The translations under genes were made by a program, and so were the position numbers. A DNA stretch of 64,000 nt. It comes from Raillietiella orientalis (lineage: Eukaryota). Where the stretch lies: NCBI GenBank assembly GCA_036172245.1, contig JAYWIR010000095.1, positions 186,001 to 250,000 of the forward strand, in the 5' to 3' direction. The notes beneath the pieces were generated by a model. The model was not told the origin of the DNA, did not search any database, and saw only the letters and a list, made by a program, of their open reading frames with translations. Below, piece after piece: positions 52,001 to 63,300 of this stretch. Each line of letters begins with the position of its first letter. Position 1 is the first letter of the stretch.

Positions 52001-55000
52001 AGCGAATGGGGGAGCCAACGGCCACGGGCGTCCTGGCGTATGTTCGTGCTGGCGACCGCAGCCATTGCGCGGACGACAAGGATCGCCCGCCGCTGGCACG
52101 ACTGAACGCCGTTTCCCCGTCGCCTTCATCCCGGTTTCCCGGAAGAATTGTGCACGGTGATGCGCTCTCTAGTACGGCCACGCGGAGGCGCATCATCCCC
52201 GCCCACCATCCCCGCACCACCATTCCCGCACCACCATTCCCGCACCACCGCGCGCGCCCTCTCCGATGCCCGATTTCCTCGGTGGCCCGCTGGCGATCTG
52301 TGAGTGCATCCGCAGAGCGGAAGAATGGCAGAGCGCACTTCTTCCCTTTCGACTGCGGGCTCAGCAGCGGTTGTTTCCTGCGTTCGCGCGCACGCGCAGA
52401 AGTCTCCCCGAGGTTGGACCGCCACCATCGTCTTCCGTTCGTGTTCGGAGGTGTTCCGCGCACCCACGAAGTGCATGGGCCGATGCGGCCACACCCAGAC
52501 GGGACGCGCGGTTTCTTCCGTCGCCAAACGTGCAGGCGCCGTCGGCACCGCCCGCCCAACCTGGAGACCTTCTATTCCCTTCTCAGGCTGCCGCGAACTC
52601 GTCAGCTTCTCTCCCCACCCTCACGTGCGCATCGGTCGCCGCTGTCCCTGAGCAACAGCAGGCTCCTCGGCGGAACGACACTTCCCCCGAGGCCTGCGCA
52701 ACCCAGAACGCCTCTTGGAAACCCGAAAATTCCCGTGCGGCCGTTCACGCAAGCACGCGACGCACGGTGACCTGAGGTAAGAAAAAGAATGTTCTGGATG
52801 GATTCGAATGCTCCCCCTGGAATTTTCGCCGCCGCCGGACCGCGGAAGGAAGGATGAGCAAAGAGCGTCCTCCGCGAAGAACGGGCTGCCACCATCGGCG
52901 ACGGCGAGCCGCAGGCGGGGGCCAGCACCGCCGCATGTCCGTGGGTCGCTCGCACGCGTCTCGGAGAGCGGCGGATGGCGTGCGCTGCCGGTCGTCGCCT
53001 CAAGCAGCGTGCATGCTCTGCTCCTCCTTTTCAGCTTGGAGAGTGGGTGGCGACACGCTGACCCTTCCTGTCATCCGGAGGATGTCCTCGGGCAACTACT
53101 TGTGCGTGGCCTCCAACGGAGTGCCGCCGTCCGTCAGCAAGAGGATCAAAGTCCAAGTGGAATGTAAGTCGGCAACGGGTGAAGCGTGCGCGATCCGGGC
53201 GCGCCGTGGAGTCGAGGCGTGGCGCGGGATGCGCGCACGTGCGACAGCGGTCACCTGCACGCTCGATGTGTTTGCGTGGAGGAGGGAGCGCCCCGGGCGT
53301 TTCTTCCGCCGTCTTCCCGGAGCGCACGCACCACCAGAGCGCTTTCGCTTCCTCCCCACACGTTCGGCATCGGCCGAACTCCGTGCGAGTCGCGAAGGTG
53401 GCCGCCACCTCTCCGCGACACGAGCGTGGCGCTCGTGGCCCGGGAGGAGCAGGTAACGGGTCGAGCCGTTCGCGCGGCGAGCGCACGCCGCGGCGTCAGC
53501 AGCAACCGCCAAACCGCGGGCGTGTCTTTCGCTCCCGCTGTTCCCCGATTTCGCGCTCTCTCGGAAAGCCGCAACGGTTCGCGGAAGGCGCGACGTCCCG
53601 AGGCGTTGGCTTCCGCGGTAATCGAAAAAGCCTTAATTGGGGCCTTTTCGCCACCTGCGTGACCCGTGCTCCCGGGCCGCGAATTCTCTTGCACGATGCA
53701 GCTGCCATCGTCAAATTCTCGTTTTTCCGGAGAAGACCTTCTCTCCGGGAAACAGGGGAATTCCATCGGGAGTGGACTTCCGCCCCCTCGGCCAAACTGC
53801 CCCTCGCGACGGCAAACTCGAAAGACAGCAAACGTGCGGGCGTGGCTGCCACGAATGCCTGGCGATGCGCGGGCGGAGGCCCGCAAATCGGGAATGCGAC
53901 CGCAGCCTCAACAGCCTGGACGCGGCCCGCACGTCACCCCGATTCGCCGCGAGCTTCGCTAACTTTCTACGCCTGCCTATCGTGCCGGGCGCTGTGGGTC
54001 GACGGCAGGAAACCACGGGTCGCCTCCGCAGAGGCTGCGGAACGTTTCGCGGTTCCTCTCCCGTGCACCGTCCGCCCGCTGTCCTGCACCCCGGACGAAA
54101 CCGACAGCGACACTCTCGCCGCGGTAGTGTGCTTCTTGACCTCGTAGCCTCTCTCTCCTCTTGCAGTTCCCCCAGCCATCGAGGTCCCTCGCTCTGCGGT
54201 TGTATCGGCGCGAGGGGAGGACGCCCACCTGGAGTGCTTGGCGGAGGCTCATCCCCCCGCGCTGAGCCTGTGGGTGGCTAAGGAGGATGAGTTCATCCAG
54301 GAGGGTGAAAAGTACCACATGGAGACGAGGGAGGGCAGCTCGGAGTACCAAATCCGCATGCTGCTGACGGTGCGCGGGGTGCGCGGGAGCGACTTCGCCA
54401 CCTACAAGTGCAAGGTGAAGAACCCTTCGGGGGAAGCGGAAGGACTGGTCCGCCTGCTCGGTGAGTGAGATCAGCGCGCGCGCGCCTGCGCCAAGCATCC
54501 GTGCGCGGGTGCTCGCGCTACTTCGTCCATGCCGAGTAACACCTACTCTGTTCCCCTGCGCTCCGGAGAGGGGAGGATGGCATCACCCGCTGCTTTGGAA
54601 GCGACCCGTCGTCCGTCCGCACGGTGCGTGCCGGGACCTGGCTTTCGCCTCCATCGAGGCCGACGCGTTCGACAGAACTCGCTCGACTGACGCGCCACGA
54701 AGCGAGCCGCACAAGCACGTCGAAGGATGGGCAGCTCTCGTCGCTGGCAAAGTCCCCGCTGCCCGCACCTCCGCGAGCTGACCCTTCCTTCCTTCCGGAT
54801 GTCCCGGATATTGACGAATCTCGCAGAGGGACGAATCTCTCTGCGCCTCCTCCTGATTGACCAGCTTTCTCAGAGCACCGGAGGCATAGAATAACAATCA
54901 TGTCATTTCTCTTTGTCGTGACGTGGTGCGCGCGGACCATCTCGCCTTCCCTAGCGCGCAAGGGTCCGCCTGAGATGGCCACCTCATTCTGGAGACCGCG

Positions 55001-58000
55001 GCATTCGCTCCAGGCGTAGCTGGTTCAGCTGCCGGAGCGCGGAAGGTGTGGAAGCAGGCAATGCGGATGCGCTGCCGCATCCTATGAGGAATCGCACCCT
55101 CGTGAGCGCGTCTCATCGGTGAAGGCGGGCAGTGGATCTGCGTCGTCAAGGACACACGACAGGAGACAAGGTCGGTTCTCTGCCTTCGCCTAGCGGTCCT
55201 TGTCCTGCGCAGCGCCTAGAGAGCAGGAGCAGACGGAAGTCAGCAGAGTGACGCGGCGAACTCGAATGCGAGCGCCGGATGAGCGTACGCAAGAACGCTG
55301 CTGATGGTCGCTCTTGCAGGTGACGCTGCTGCGCGGTCCTTCAAGCCGCCCACGAAAGAGGACGACGTTTGCGACGCGGGCCATCGAAACCCGAGATCTC
55401 CCTTCGGCTCCGGGTTCGGTTTCCCGAGTGTTCCGCACTCGGTTCCTTGCGTGTTGAGACGCCTACTTCCCAGGAGGAGACGACAGAGCCGCGTCCTCGC
55501 GCACAACGGGAAGCCCCGGCTGCTTACCGACCGCATATCCGGTCTGCTCTCTCGGAACGGCGCTCTCCTCACCGCTCCGACGACCTCGGTCGCTTCTCGC
55601 CGCCCGGCCCCCGCATGCAGAAGGATCGTTTCCCTTGCTGCTTTCACCTGGCATTCCTCTCGAGGCGACCCACGGGGGAGTTCGGGGCTTTGGAGCGCTA
55701 GCCGCGGCACTTTGCTAACCGGCGACCGGTACGCTCGCCCGAGCGTGCACGAGGGGTGCTCGTGGCGCGTGGCCCAACGGCCTGTTCGAAGGGCAACTGC
55801 TCTCGGGAAGAGGTCGCCAAGGTCGTCTGCTCCTGTGCTTCACGGTCGGGCTCATTTTTGCCTTCTCGTCGCGCAAACGTCCCCAAGGGCGCCCGTCCCG
55901 TTCCGAAAAGTTTCTGATAAGCCAAAGCGCCCCTAAGAAGAATCGTGAAGCGAACTAATGTCGATCAATCAGCGGGCTGCAGGCAGTGGAATTGCTCTTG
56001 CGGGCCTTCCTGATGGTGCGGAAGAGATTCGCGCAGGAAAACTGGGCGTCCCCTGTGCCGTTGGGTGGTAGAAGAGAGGCGGTCAGCGCGGCCGGGAGAA
56101 ACACAACGAAGTGGCACTCCGTTTAAACCAATGAGGGCAAACGCTGCAAGACGCAAGCCTTCACCGTCGGGTCACCAGGCGCCTGAGATGCAGGAAAAAT
56201 AAAAAGACGAAGGGTAGCTGCAGCCCAGCTCGCGCAGTTCCTATCAAGCACCCGCAAAGGACGAGGCGCCACAGGGTGACCTCGCGCATCCCATGCTGTG
56301 GAAACATCCACTCCACGCACATCGGAGGAAGAACACCGAAAGAGCTGGAAAGCAATTGGCAGCCGGAAAAACTCGAAGAGCTGCCCTAAAGACGAGTGAG
56401 CAACCGAGGACTGCATTCTGGAGGCGCACCGGAATCAAACGCAGGCAACGAGCGCCTGCGAACGGCAGCTGAGACGGCCAGGACGGATAGGAAATGCAGT
56501 GCTTCCTTAAATTGTGTCCTTGAACAACGAAGACAGGACGCGCGCTGTTGCAGCAGCGAACGGAAACCGATTCTTCGTGGAAGCAGATTGCGTCGCGGGC
56601 TACGTTGCTTCTTGTGGACTGTGCGACCTGTGACCTCCGACGGACAGGTTGCTTGAGATTGCACGTCAGAAGAAAGGCGGGCACAGCTCCTTCCCTCCAA
56701 GTGCGTAGCCATTCGCGAACAAACCAGGATTGCCGGAAGCAAACGGAGGGCCTGCTCAGCCAGGGCCGCACGGACGATGCCTTTGCCTCGTTTCTCGAGG
56801 AACACGGACCCACCAGCCTGGGCTAAGGCTTCCTACCAGCTGCCATGCAAAGCTCAGTCCGGCCGTGCCGCGAACACGCCCTCCGGCGTTTCCGCTTTCA
56901 ATTGCCGCGACGGACGTTCGCGCCGCTGCCAACCGATCCCTGCGAAACCGCGCGCGGCCCTCCGTTTTCGCATCGACGAGTTCGTTCGTCCAGAGCTGAC
57001 CAATTGACCGGCGCGTGTCTCAACCGGAAGGCGGGCAGCCCGGCAACCGGCCAGTGACAACCAACCCGGTCGGCGTGAAGCACTTTCGTCTTCCGGTATC
57101 ACAAGGGGCGCTAGGTAGCGTCACACTCGTCCCCGGAAGCGCCCTTCACCTTCTCAGCGTCCCGCATGCCCGCTTCGGGGAGACGTGGTTACCGCATTCC
57201 CGCGGGATGGTCGGAGGCGCCGCTTCTTCCGAAACGACGGCTGCTGAGGTCAACCGAGGCCGTTAGCGAAATTCCCAAAGAAACTCTGCACGGAGTTGCA
57301 AGCGGGCACGGGAGGAAGGTGGGCGGAAAGATCGGAAGCCCTCCTTCCGCTCCTGCAAATCCGTCTCGGCCTTTCGCTCATCCATCCCTTCCGACGGGGG
57401 AAGGAGGAGCGAGGACTGGGGGTTCACGCATCTCCGGGATCCTCCGGATTGCCAATCCCAATTGCGTCCGGTTGGTAACAGCAGGAATCGCTCTGTTCAC
57501 AGGACGGGGTCATGTTGTCCACTTTGCAGGCATTCGGGCTCGAAAGCCCCCAGGCACTTCGCACCTCTGCTTTCGCAGACTCGGGCGCATCCTACGTTCC
57601 TTTACTCGAGGAGGAAATCCCGAGATGCTGTCAGGATGAGAGCGAAGGCCGTCCGCTACGCTAGGGAAGAAGAAGACTAATGGAAGCACCGCACGGTTCC
57701 CGCCCGCGTTTGCTTCAGGAAAGACTGCCGGGAGCGTTTCGGAAACTGCATTCGCATTCGAGATGGCAGGCTGTGAACGTCAACACCAATTGAATTCCGT
57801 CCGCTGCGTGGCGACGGTCGCAGCGTCGAATTTCACCTTCCGAACAACCCTTTGCACGTGGAATGTGCTCTTCCCACCCGCTCGCCAAATCGTAACTCGG
57901 AACTTGAGCACGCATCTCGGGGAGACGAAGCGTCTTCCCAGCGGGAAGCCGAAAAGGAACGGACGAGGGAGGAGGGCGCAGACGACTACCGGCCGGAAGC

Positions 58001-58917
58001 GTTCGAGGTCGGTGAAAACGAAGATGTTCCGGTTGTCCGGCCGAGACCGCATGCGATCATGGCAGCGAAAGAGCTTCGGCAGTGGATCGGTGGTTTCTCC
58101 GCGCGCCTTCCGAGCGCGAAGGTCGCACGAGGCGGCAAACAGCCTTGCACGTTGCTGCATTGCACGCATAGCCTCCCCTCCTCGCCCTGCGTTCTTCGGA
58201 CACACTATCTGCCGTCGTGCTGCGACGCGTCCTGCTGCCTTGCTGCGGCACAGGGGACTTGCATTCCGTTTCGGCTTTCCACCAGAAGAGCACGCACGTG
58301 CATCGCGATCGACTTTGCTGCCAACCCCCCGAACAAGACGCACCAGAGAAAAGCGGGAAATCTCACGCGCCCCCTTCCCCCCGAGTGCCGCGCTCTCCCG
58401 GAAGACGCGCGTCGCAACCCGCGTGGGGCCCCGTGCGGTCCGCGGACGGCGCGTTTTTCCTCTTTGCGTCTGCTGCGCGAAGCGCCAACGGCAGCCTTCT
58501 GCAACGCATTTTGCCTCTGGCAGATGACACTTCTAGGCGCACCATCGGACCTGTCCTTCGTTCCCCTCGGCTACCCGCGCGCCGCGCCTCAACCCCCCGT
58601 TCTCCGTGTTTCAGATTCCCCGGAGGCTCTCACAGGGAAGACGCTTCTGCCACACGATGCCCGTTTCGTCGCCGATCGAGGTGAGCTGATGGTCGCGCGC
58701 ACCTCCTATTTCGTAATTTCAAATGATTCCTCGTCTTCCAGATCGCTTCAGTGACCGCCGAAACATCGCGGAATTCAAAGTTCCTCGAGTTGATGCGGGT
58801 GCGCATCCTCCGATGTCGTCTTCCCGGAGCGACACACCAAGCCCCCGCCTCTTTGCGGGAGGGCGTCCCACGAGAGGAATTCGCTGGCTGCCCCTGCTGT
58901 TCGCCATGGCGTGGTGA
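33979..58917 (+). CDS. DIP/lachesin/amalgam-like (IgLON family) three-Ig-domain cell-surface adhesion protein; 8 coding exons, 403 aa, signal peptide, probable GPI anchor
   Basis: Spliced model 33979-34036, 49232-49350, 50427-50637, 51279-51437, 53035-53163, 54167-54460, 58615-58680, 58742-58917 totals 1212 nt and is one open frame. Introns are all GT..AG with phases 1,0,1,1,1,1,1. Family motifs: PEF..P..NITV..GRDVTL.C.V.NLG..K/VAWIR, D.G.YMCQINT, VPPDI.D..SS.D.VV.EGSNVTL.C.A.G.P.P.I.W.RED, YLCVASNGVPPSVSKRI, LEC..EAHP, DF..YKC..KN..GE.EG.VRL. The exact orthologue cannot be assigned by eye. Confidence 0.9.
36170..36187 (+). repeat. (CTG)6 microsatellite
   Basis: Read directly from the sequence. 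Confidence 0.9.
38590..38820. promoter_or_regulatory. Candidate intronic enhancer with TALE/homeodomain site cluster
   Basis: Locally AT-richer patch with TGATTGACAG (38806-38815) overlapping E-box CAGATG, TTAATGACAG (38657-38666), TTAATGA (38751) and ATTAAAGATTAA (about 38599). Confidence 0.35.
41900..43200 (-). mobile_element. Very decayed LINE RT fragment in intron 1
   Basis: PIATPEVREVL (PIT.EEV-like, about 43100), EFRAKVLDRSD (DF.KAFDRVD-like, about 42580), RWLGLP (YLG-like, about 42230). Confidence 0.25.
44090..44800 (+). mobile_element. Decayed L1/Tx1-like RT fragment in intron 1
   Basis: FRESILGGDPRGW..G...TFLRRKG (FN.S...G..P.SW...LIPKKG-like), EFQAFLPRRTGWDV (Q.AF.PGR.I.DN-like), FDLAFHDAIVSPW (D..KAFD.V.W-like). 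Confidence 0.33.
45197..45263 (+). repeat. Perfect 28-bp tandem repeat, 2.4 copies (AAAAGCGAACGGAGCGCCCACGGCAGAT)
   Basis: Read directly: units 45197-45224 and 45225-45252, partial unit 45253-45263. Confidence 0.95.
46400..48750 (-). mobile_element. Decayed R2-group (restriction-like endonuclease) non-LTR retrotransposon, HERO-like, antisense in intron 1
   Basis: Ordered: NVRPLTSL (about 48640), FRPFLGC (about 48430), LWLPNASSPPPRH (W.D..NA.GSVPH-like, about 48320), VKKGIVVGYPPVSSAF (about 48100), GKLAGK...TRL (about 47660), RSDVPTRKN (about 47075), EH..C...KG*MAHD (about 46880), LNLEARGV...SLG (EVG.RG-like, about 46490). Confidence 0.5.
49232..49350 (+). CDS. Exon 2: end of signal peptide and Ig1 strands A-B (GSCLSLLEEPEFAVPLRNITVPAGRDVTLLCAVNNLGKLK)
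   Basis: Acceptor ACTTTCAG, donor AAA|GTAAGC, first Ig cysteine. Typical DIP-family exon break before VAW. Confidence 0.92.
50427..50637 (+). CDS. Exon 3: Ig1 C-terminal part (VAWIRSDNVSALLSVQEDVITKNPRISV...DAGRYMCQINTPQTKTQNAYLNVV)
   Basis: Acceptor CTCTTCTTGCAG, donor G|GTACGT; Ig tryptophan and D-x-G-x-Y-x-C motif. Confidence 0.95.
51279..51437 (+). CDS. Exon 4: Ig2 N-terminal part (VPPDIVDSESSKDMVVQEGSNVTLTCRAVGSPTPTIYWQREDQQHITVNQTFS)
   Basis: Acceptor TCTCTTTCGTAG, donor A|GTAAGA; hallmark DIP/lachesin Ig2 motif. Confidence 0.95.
52191..52249 (+). repeat. 14-bp minisatellite (CCACCATTCCCGCA), about 4 copies, intron 4
   Basis: Units at 52203, 52217 and 52231 plus degenerate or partial flanking units. 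Confidence 0.85.
53035..53163 (+). CDS. Exon 5: Ig2 C-terminal part (TWRVGGDTLTLPVIRRMSSGNYLCVASNGVPPSVSKRIKVQVE)
   Basis: Acceptor CTCCTCCTTTTCAG, donor T|GTAAGT; YLCVASNGVPPSVSKR is characteristic of the family. Confidence 0.96.
54167..54460 (+). CDS. Exon 6: Ig3 (FPPAIEVPRSAVVSARGEDAHLECLAEAHP...DFATYKCKVKNPSGEAEGLVRLL)
   Basis: Acceptor CTCTCTCCTCTTGCAG, donor G|GTGAGT; complete Ig domain with C, W and YxC. Confidence 0.95.
58615..58680 (+). CDS. Exon 7: 66-nt stalk exon (DSPEALTGKTLLPHDARFVADR)
   Basis: Acceptor TTCTCCGTGTTTCAG and donor GAG|GTGAGC; phase 1-1, open in the frame required by exon 6. Supported by splice signals only, no conserved protein motif. Confidence 0.7.
58742..58917 (+). 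CDS. Exon 8: Ser/Pro-rich stalk and GPI-signal-like tail (DRFSDRRNIAEFKVPR...SSSRSDTPSPRLFAGGRPTRGIRWLPLLFAMAW*)
   Basis: Follows a 61-nt intron with acceptor CCTCGTCTTCCAG; phase 1 fits; ends in hydrophobic WLPLLFAMAW then TGA, as expected for GPI-anchored IgLON/DIP proteins. Confidence 0.68.
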
Positions 58918-60399
58918 CGAACACGCGGCCCACGGAGCAGGCTGCAACCTGGCAACCAGACGGCACCAGACGTACGGCTGCACAGCGAACCTCCAAACGG
59001 AAGCTCGGCACTCGGCCCGGCGGATACAGGAGATCAGCGGCGGAGAAACTGAGAGGGAGCCTTCGAAGTCCTCTTGCATTCGTGTGCAAATACACCATCG
59101 TGAGGGTCGCGGGAATCCGCACGGATGTGCCTTCTTTTTGGGAGGGGTCTGGCGAACAACGGGCAGCGTTGCGAGGTCTCCCATGAGCAAACAGCTGCCC
59201 GCACATTCGCGTTCATGCACTGCGAACGTTCCCCATCCTTGAATTGCGTTAGCCGTCCCCTGGAAGCGTGTTCGGAGGGTCAGCCGGCGCCTGCGACGGT
59301 TCCCCTTCGCCGGCAGGGTGAGCAAAGGAAGAAAGGAAAGCGCACACGCTGCAGTGTGGCCCTCTCGGTATGCCGTGGTCGCACGCTTGTCAGCAGCTAC
59401 GCCGTGGGCCAACTCGCAGACCACGCCCTTCTTGCCTCGCTTCGCTTCCCCTTCCCGATGGCCGGCCGCACTCTTCACTCTCTTTTGTTTGCCGGTGGGC
59501 GACCATCCCTCGGAATTCGGTGTGTTCCTCTCGGCAGTCCGAGGCAGCTCACCTCTCGGGCTACGGGAGGGACGCTTCGGCGCCGCGTGCACCGAACCCA
59601 AACGTGCAGAGCAACCAATCTTCCCAGGTTCCACACCGAGGTCGATGCAGCATTTCTGCTATCGGCAAGTTGACTTCCAGCTCACTTCCCGGCATCCAGC
59701 TCTGCCCAGCAACGAGCTCGTCTTCCGGCTCCCCAGGGGTGGGGTGCTCTGGCCTCTCGGAAGGGAATCTACCGCTGCAATATCACCGGTGGCACGGTGA
59801 CCTGTTCGTCGACTCTCCTCCTCCTCGAGCGCCACTTCAAGCGCGACCATGAACTGGCCGCGTGCTGCGGACCACGGCCAGGCTTTCGTACTTCCGTTCC
59901 GGAACTTCCTCTCCTGCAGGTCTCCCTGTAGCAGTGTTTTGTGTGCGAAATGCTAAGGGAGGAAAAAAAGCACCCGGATTACTACGGCGGGAAACGTTTT
60001 TTCTCCCATTTTTTGTCCCGGAACGTCCTCTCCACAATCGGAGGTTGATGAACGTTCGTTTCACCCACGTGAAAAGTCGGAACCTGCGCCGCCCCTGTTA
60101 AATGGGAGGCGTTTTTCAGGGGATGCGGAAGTCTCGTTCGGGAGCAATTTCCCTTTTCGTGCCTGTAATGGCCTCGGAAAGCTGTCCTTCGTAATTCTCG
60201 CCCGATTGATGCAGCTTCGCTCCGGAGAGGGAAGGGAAGCAGCGGCGTGGCACATCGCTGCGCGCGCACCTTCTTCGGCACCGGCCACCCGCCGGCAAAC
60301 AGGCACCTTCGACAAGCCCACTGCATTTCTGCATCCTTCCTGCGATGCATCCACCTTTCCTTTCCTTCCGTGCCACCGCGGTAGGCTTTCTTCGCGAGC

Positions 60400-63300
60400 A
60401 TGCCGCATCGTCAAGCGGCGCGCAGCTCCTCCTCTCTCGTTCAGCGTGCAATTCCCACCCACGCGCGCACGCGCCATGCCGTTGCGGCAACGCCACTTCC
60501 CGGAAGAGGGGGCGCATGCGAAATTCGGTTTCCATCGGACCGGTTCGCGGACGCCACCCCCGTGCAAGGCAAGCGACAGCCGACGACATCTTTCCTGCCG
60601 CCCGGGAAATTCACTTCCGCCTCCCGCAACGCACTCCGTTCCGGTGCGTCTTTTGCGAAACGGGAGTGTTCGCTTGACTCGGAGAACGCAGACCAACTCT
60701 CCGTGCGTGACCTCGGTCAACTCCCACCTTGCACGTCCACTTCGGAGCGCACCTCTCCTGAGCCACGTACGGAAGTTTCCCGGCGGAGCGTGACCGCTCC
60801 CCCCAACATCCAATGGATCCGGCGGAACGGTGCGTGTCAAACAAGGACAAGCGGCGGCGTGAGCCGTCACCTCGAGCTGCAGAACTGAGGATAGAGAGCG
60901 GGTCGAGGGCACAGCGTTGATTTTGCACTCATCCGTGGGACGCTGGCGACCCTACAGCTGCTCAGCACAGAGGAATGATGGGAATCGGACGGCAGCACCT
61001 CTGCCGTCCGAGGTCGCGGTTAGGCCCACCAGCACGCTCCTGACACGACGAGCCATCCTTTGCCAGGAATCCTCTCGCTCGGATCCACGGGCGAAGGTGG
61101 ACCACAGGAGAAAGATGGCCAGCTCGTGACCCGCAGCGAGTACGATCTGCTGACCGTGCTCTGCAAACCGAAGCCGTAAGTCGGCCAAGCGCCGGCCGTC
61201 GCCGACGGGAATCTTCGGCGGCGCCGCTGTGCTTTGCAGCCGACAGGAGGAGGAAAAATGGCTCCTTCCTGGACGCGCTTCCCTTGCTCTTTGCTGATTC
61301 CGAGGATGGCAATCAGCCCGCAAAAGGAGCACGAAGGAGTCCGCACTATCTCGGAGCAGTCGCCGCCGCACCGGCTCCCCTATGGGCGAATCAACAGCAG
61401 GCACGCTGCGCAAGAGCACAACCACGCAATCCGCCGCGGCCGTCCTTTCCTCTGGCTGCAAAGTCAGCCGAGCTACTCCAACCTGCAAAGCGGTCCCGAC
61501 CGCGAGTGCACGCCAGCATCGTCTCGGGGAAGACTTTCAGTTCAGTATCAGTTCGCTATCCGAATCCCGCTGGCCACTTTGTCAAAAACGTTCGTTGCCC
61601 GCGTAAGAAGTCACGCATGCGGCTGCGACGAGGGACGAGAAACGTCCTCGGAGAAGCAATCTGCTGTGAGCCTTCCGCCTCTCGGAACCACAGGAAGCAG
61701 CAGACACGCGAAGAAGTGCTCGCATTTGCGGTACAGCTTGAGTGCCTCCAGCATCCGGGACATCCGGCTTCCGAACCAGGATCCGCGTTCCAATCGAAAG
61801 CCTCGTTCGGTATGACCGCCGTCGCAGAAAAGTTCCCCGGAGGGGAGCAGCTGCAAGAATTCCATTCTCGAGGGCTTCCACGCGACGCTGCTTCGCTTCC
61901 GACGCAAACAGATCGCCCAGCAGTCCTTCCTCCTCCTGCAAGAACCACCTTGCTTTCCACTCCCCGTGTCCACTGTGGATCCAAGCGGCTCCACGGTGGA
62001 CGAGGAGCAGCAGTGCGCCTTTGGGTCGCGCGCGTGCAGTGGCCAACACGGAACGCTGGTGCTCGTTCCGTGCAAGGATCAAGCATTTTCCCAGAGGAAA
62101 GGCCAGGGGTGGACGAAACGCGTGTACGCTGCTCTTCGATTCGGAAGAAGCGATTGCCATCGGAAGAATGCGGATGCGTGCAAGCAGATTGCACTCGGCC
62201 GCATCCTCCAACACGCTGCGCCTTGCGCACTACGCCTGCCGAGCAAGGCTCGTTAGGGGGATGCATGCAACAGCATGCATCCATCAGATACCGCATGGCT
62301 GACGAGGGTGCGAGCAATGACGGTGCTTACGCGATGAAAGTGGGCCATCGTGGCAGCGAGGTCTGCAGAGAGTGCGGTTGTCGACGCCAACCTTCGCAAG
62401 GAAAAAGGGCGGTACCCTGCGCATGTGACGAGCGACCTCCGTGCACGCTTCTCCGCACGTTCCGGTTGTTGTTGACTTTTTCGCCTGAACAGTCGGCATC
62501 CACTGGACAGTGATATGCAGCTGGTCACTCGTTTCCTTCGCGCGTTCCCTTACTCTTCCTTGAACCGAAAGGAAAGCGGTCTATCACGCGCACGTGCACG
62601 CACGCATGCAAAGGCGTTGGACCAGCGGTGGCGACAGTTTCCTCGGAAAGCGAAAGAAGCAAACACTCCCGGAAGTCTGAGGCGTTTGCAGGGCGGTCGT
62701 CCTTCTTCGTGCTCCGGATGGCCAAGGAGAAACGGAACTGCGAGTGCATTGCTTCGCAAAGATCTCCCCAGTCCCCGCGGCCAACGGTGCGTTTCCCTTG
62801 CGTCCCGTTTCTTGCAAGACACGGGCACAACGGCTCCCATTGTGACCGCTTCTTGCTTGCGCGTTGCTCTTTCAGCGTCCCGTCTCTTCTTCGAACGCAT
62901 GGAAAGGCTTCCCTGTCGGCCTTCCGGCGTTGCAAGCGAAGTGAGAATCGCTCGGCGGTTTGCAAAGAGAGAGAGGAGAAAACCTGGAGCGCTCGAAGGG
63001 AAAATTGCCCTCTCCGATGAGGTCGATCCTTTCGTACCTACTCGTTCGGTTCCGGAAAAGACGACGACACATGGAAAGAATCCTTCTCCGACTGCAAGCA
63101 TCCGCGCCACCGCCGGCCCCGCGGCGTGCGTTCGCGAAAGTGAGCATAAAGAAAACTCTCCCGAAATTCGTCCTCGTGTCGACGGTTGTCGTCAAAATGA
63201 AGGCGTTCCACTTGGTTACCACTTCGGCCACTTCCGCTGCTTCGCGTGCTTCTCTCTCACCGTGCACATCGCGCAGACGTGGACGCACGTGGGCACCGGA

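Noticed and set aside
55320..55936. Acceptor CTCTTGCAG at 55319 opening GDAAARSFKPPTKEDD... as the terminal exon
   Set aside because: Phase fits, but there is no clear donor or hydrophobic tail. Exons 58615-58680 and 58742-58917 have better signals.
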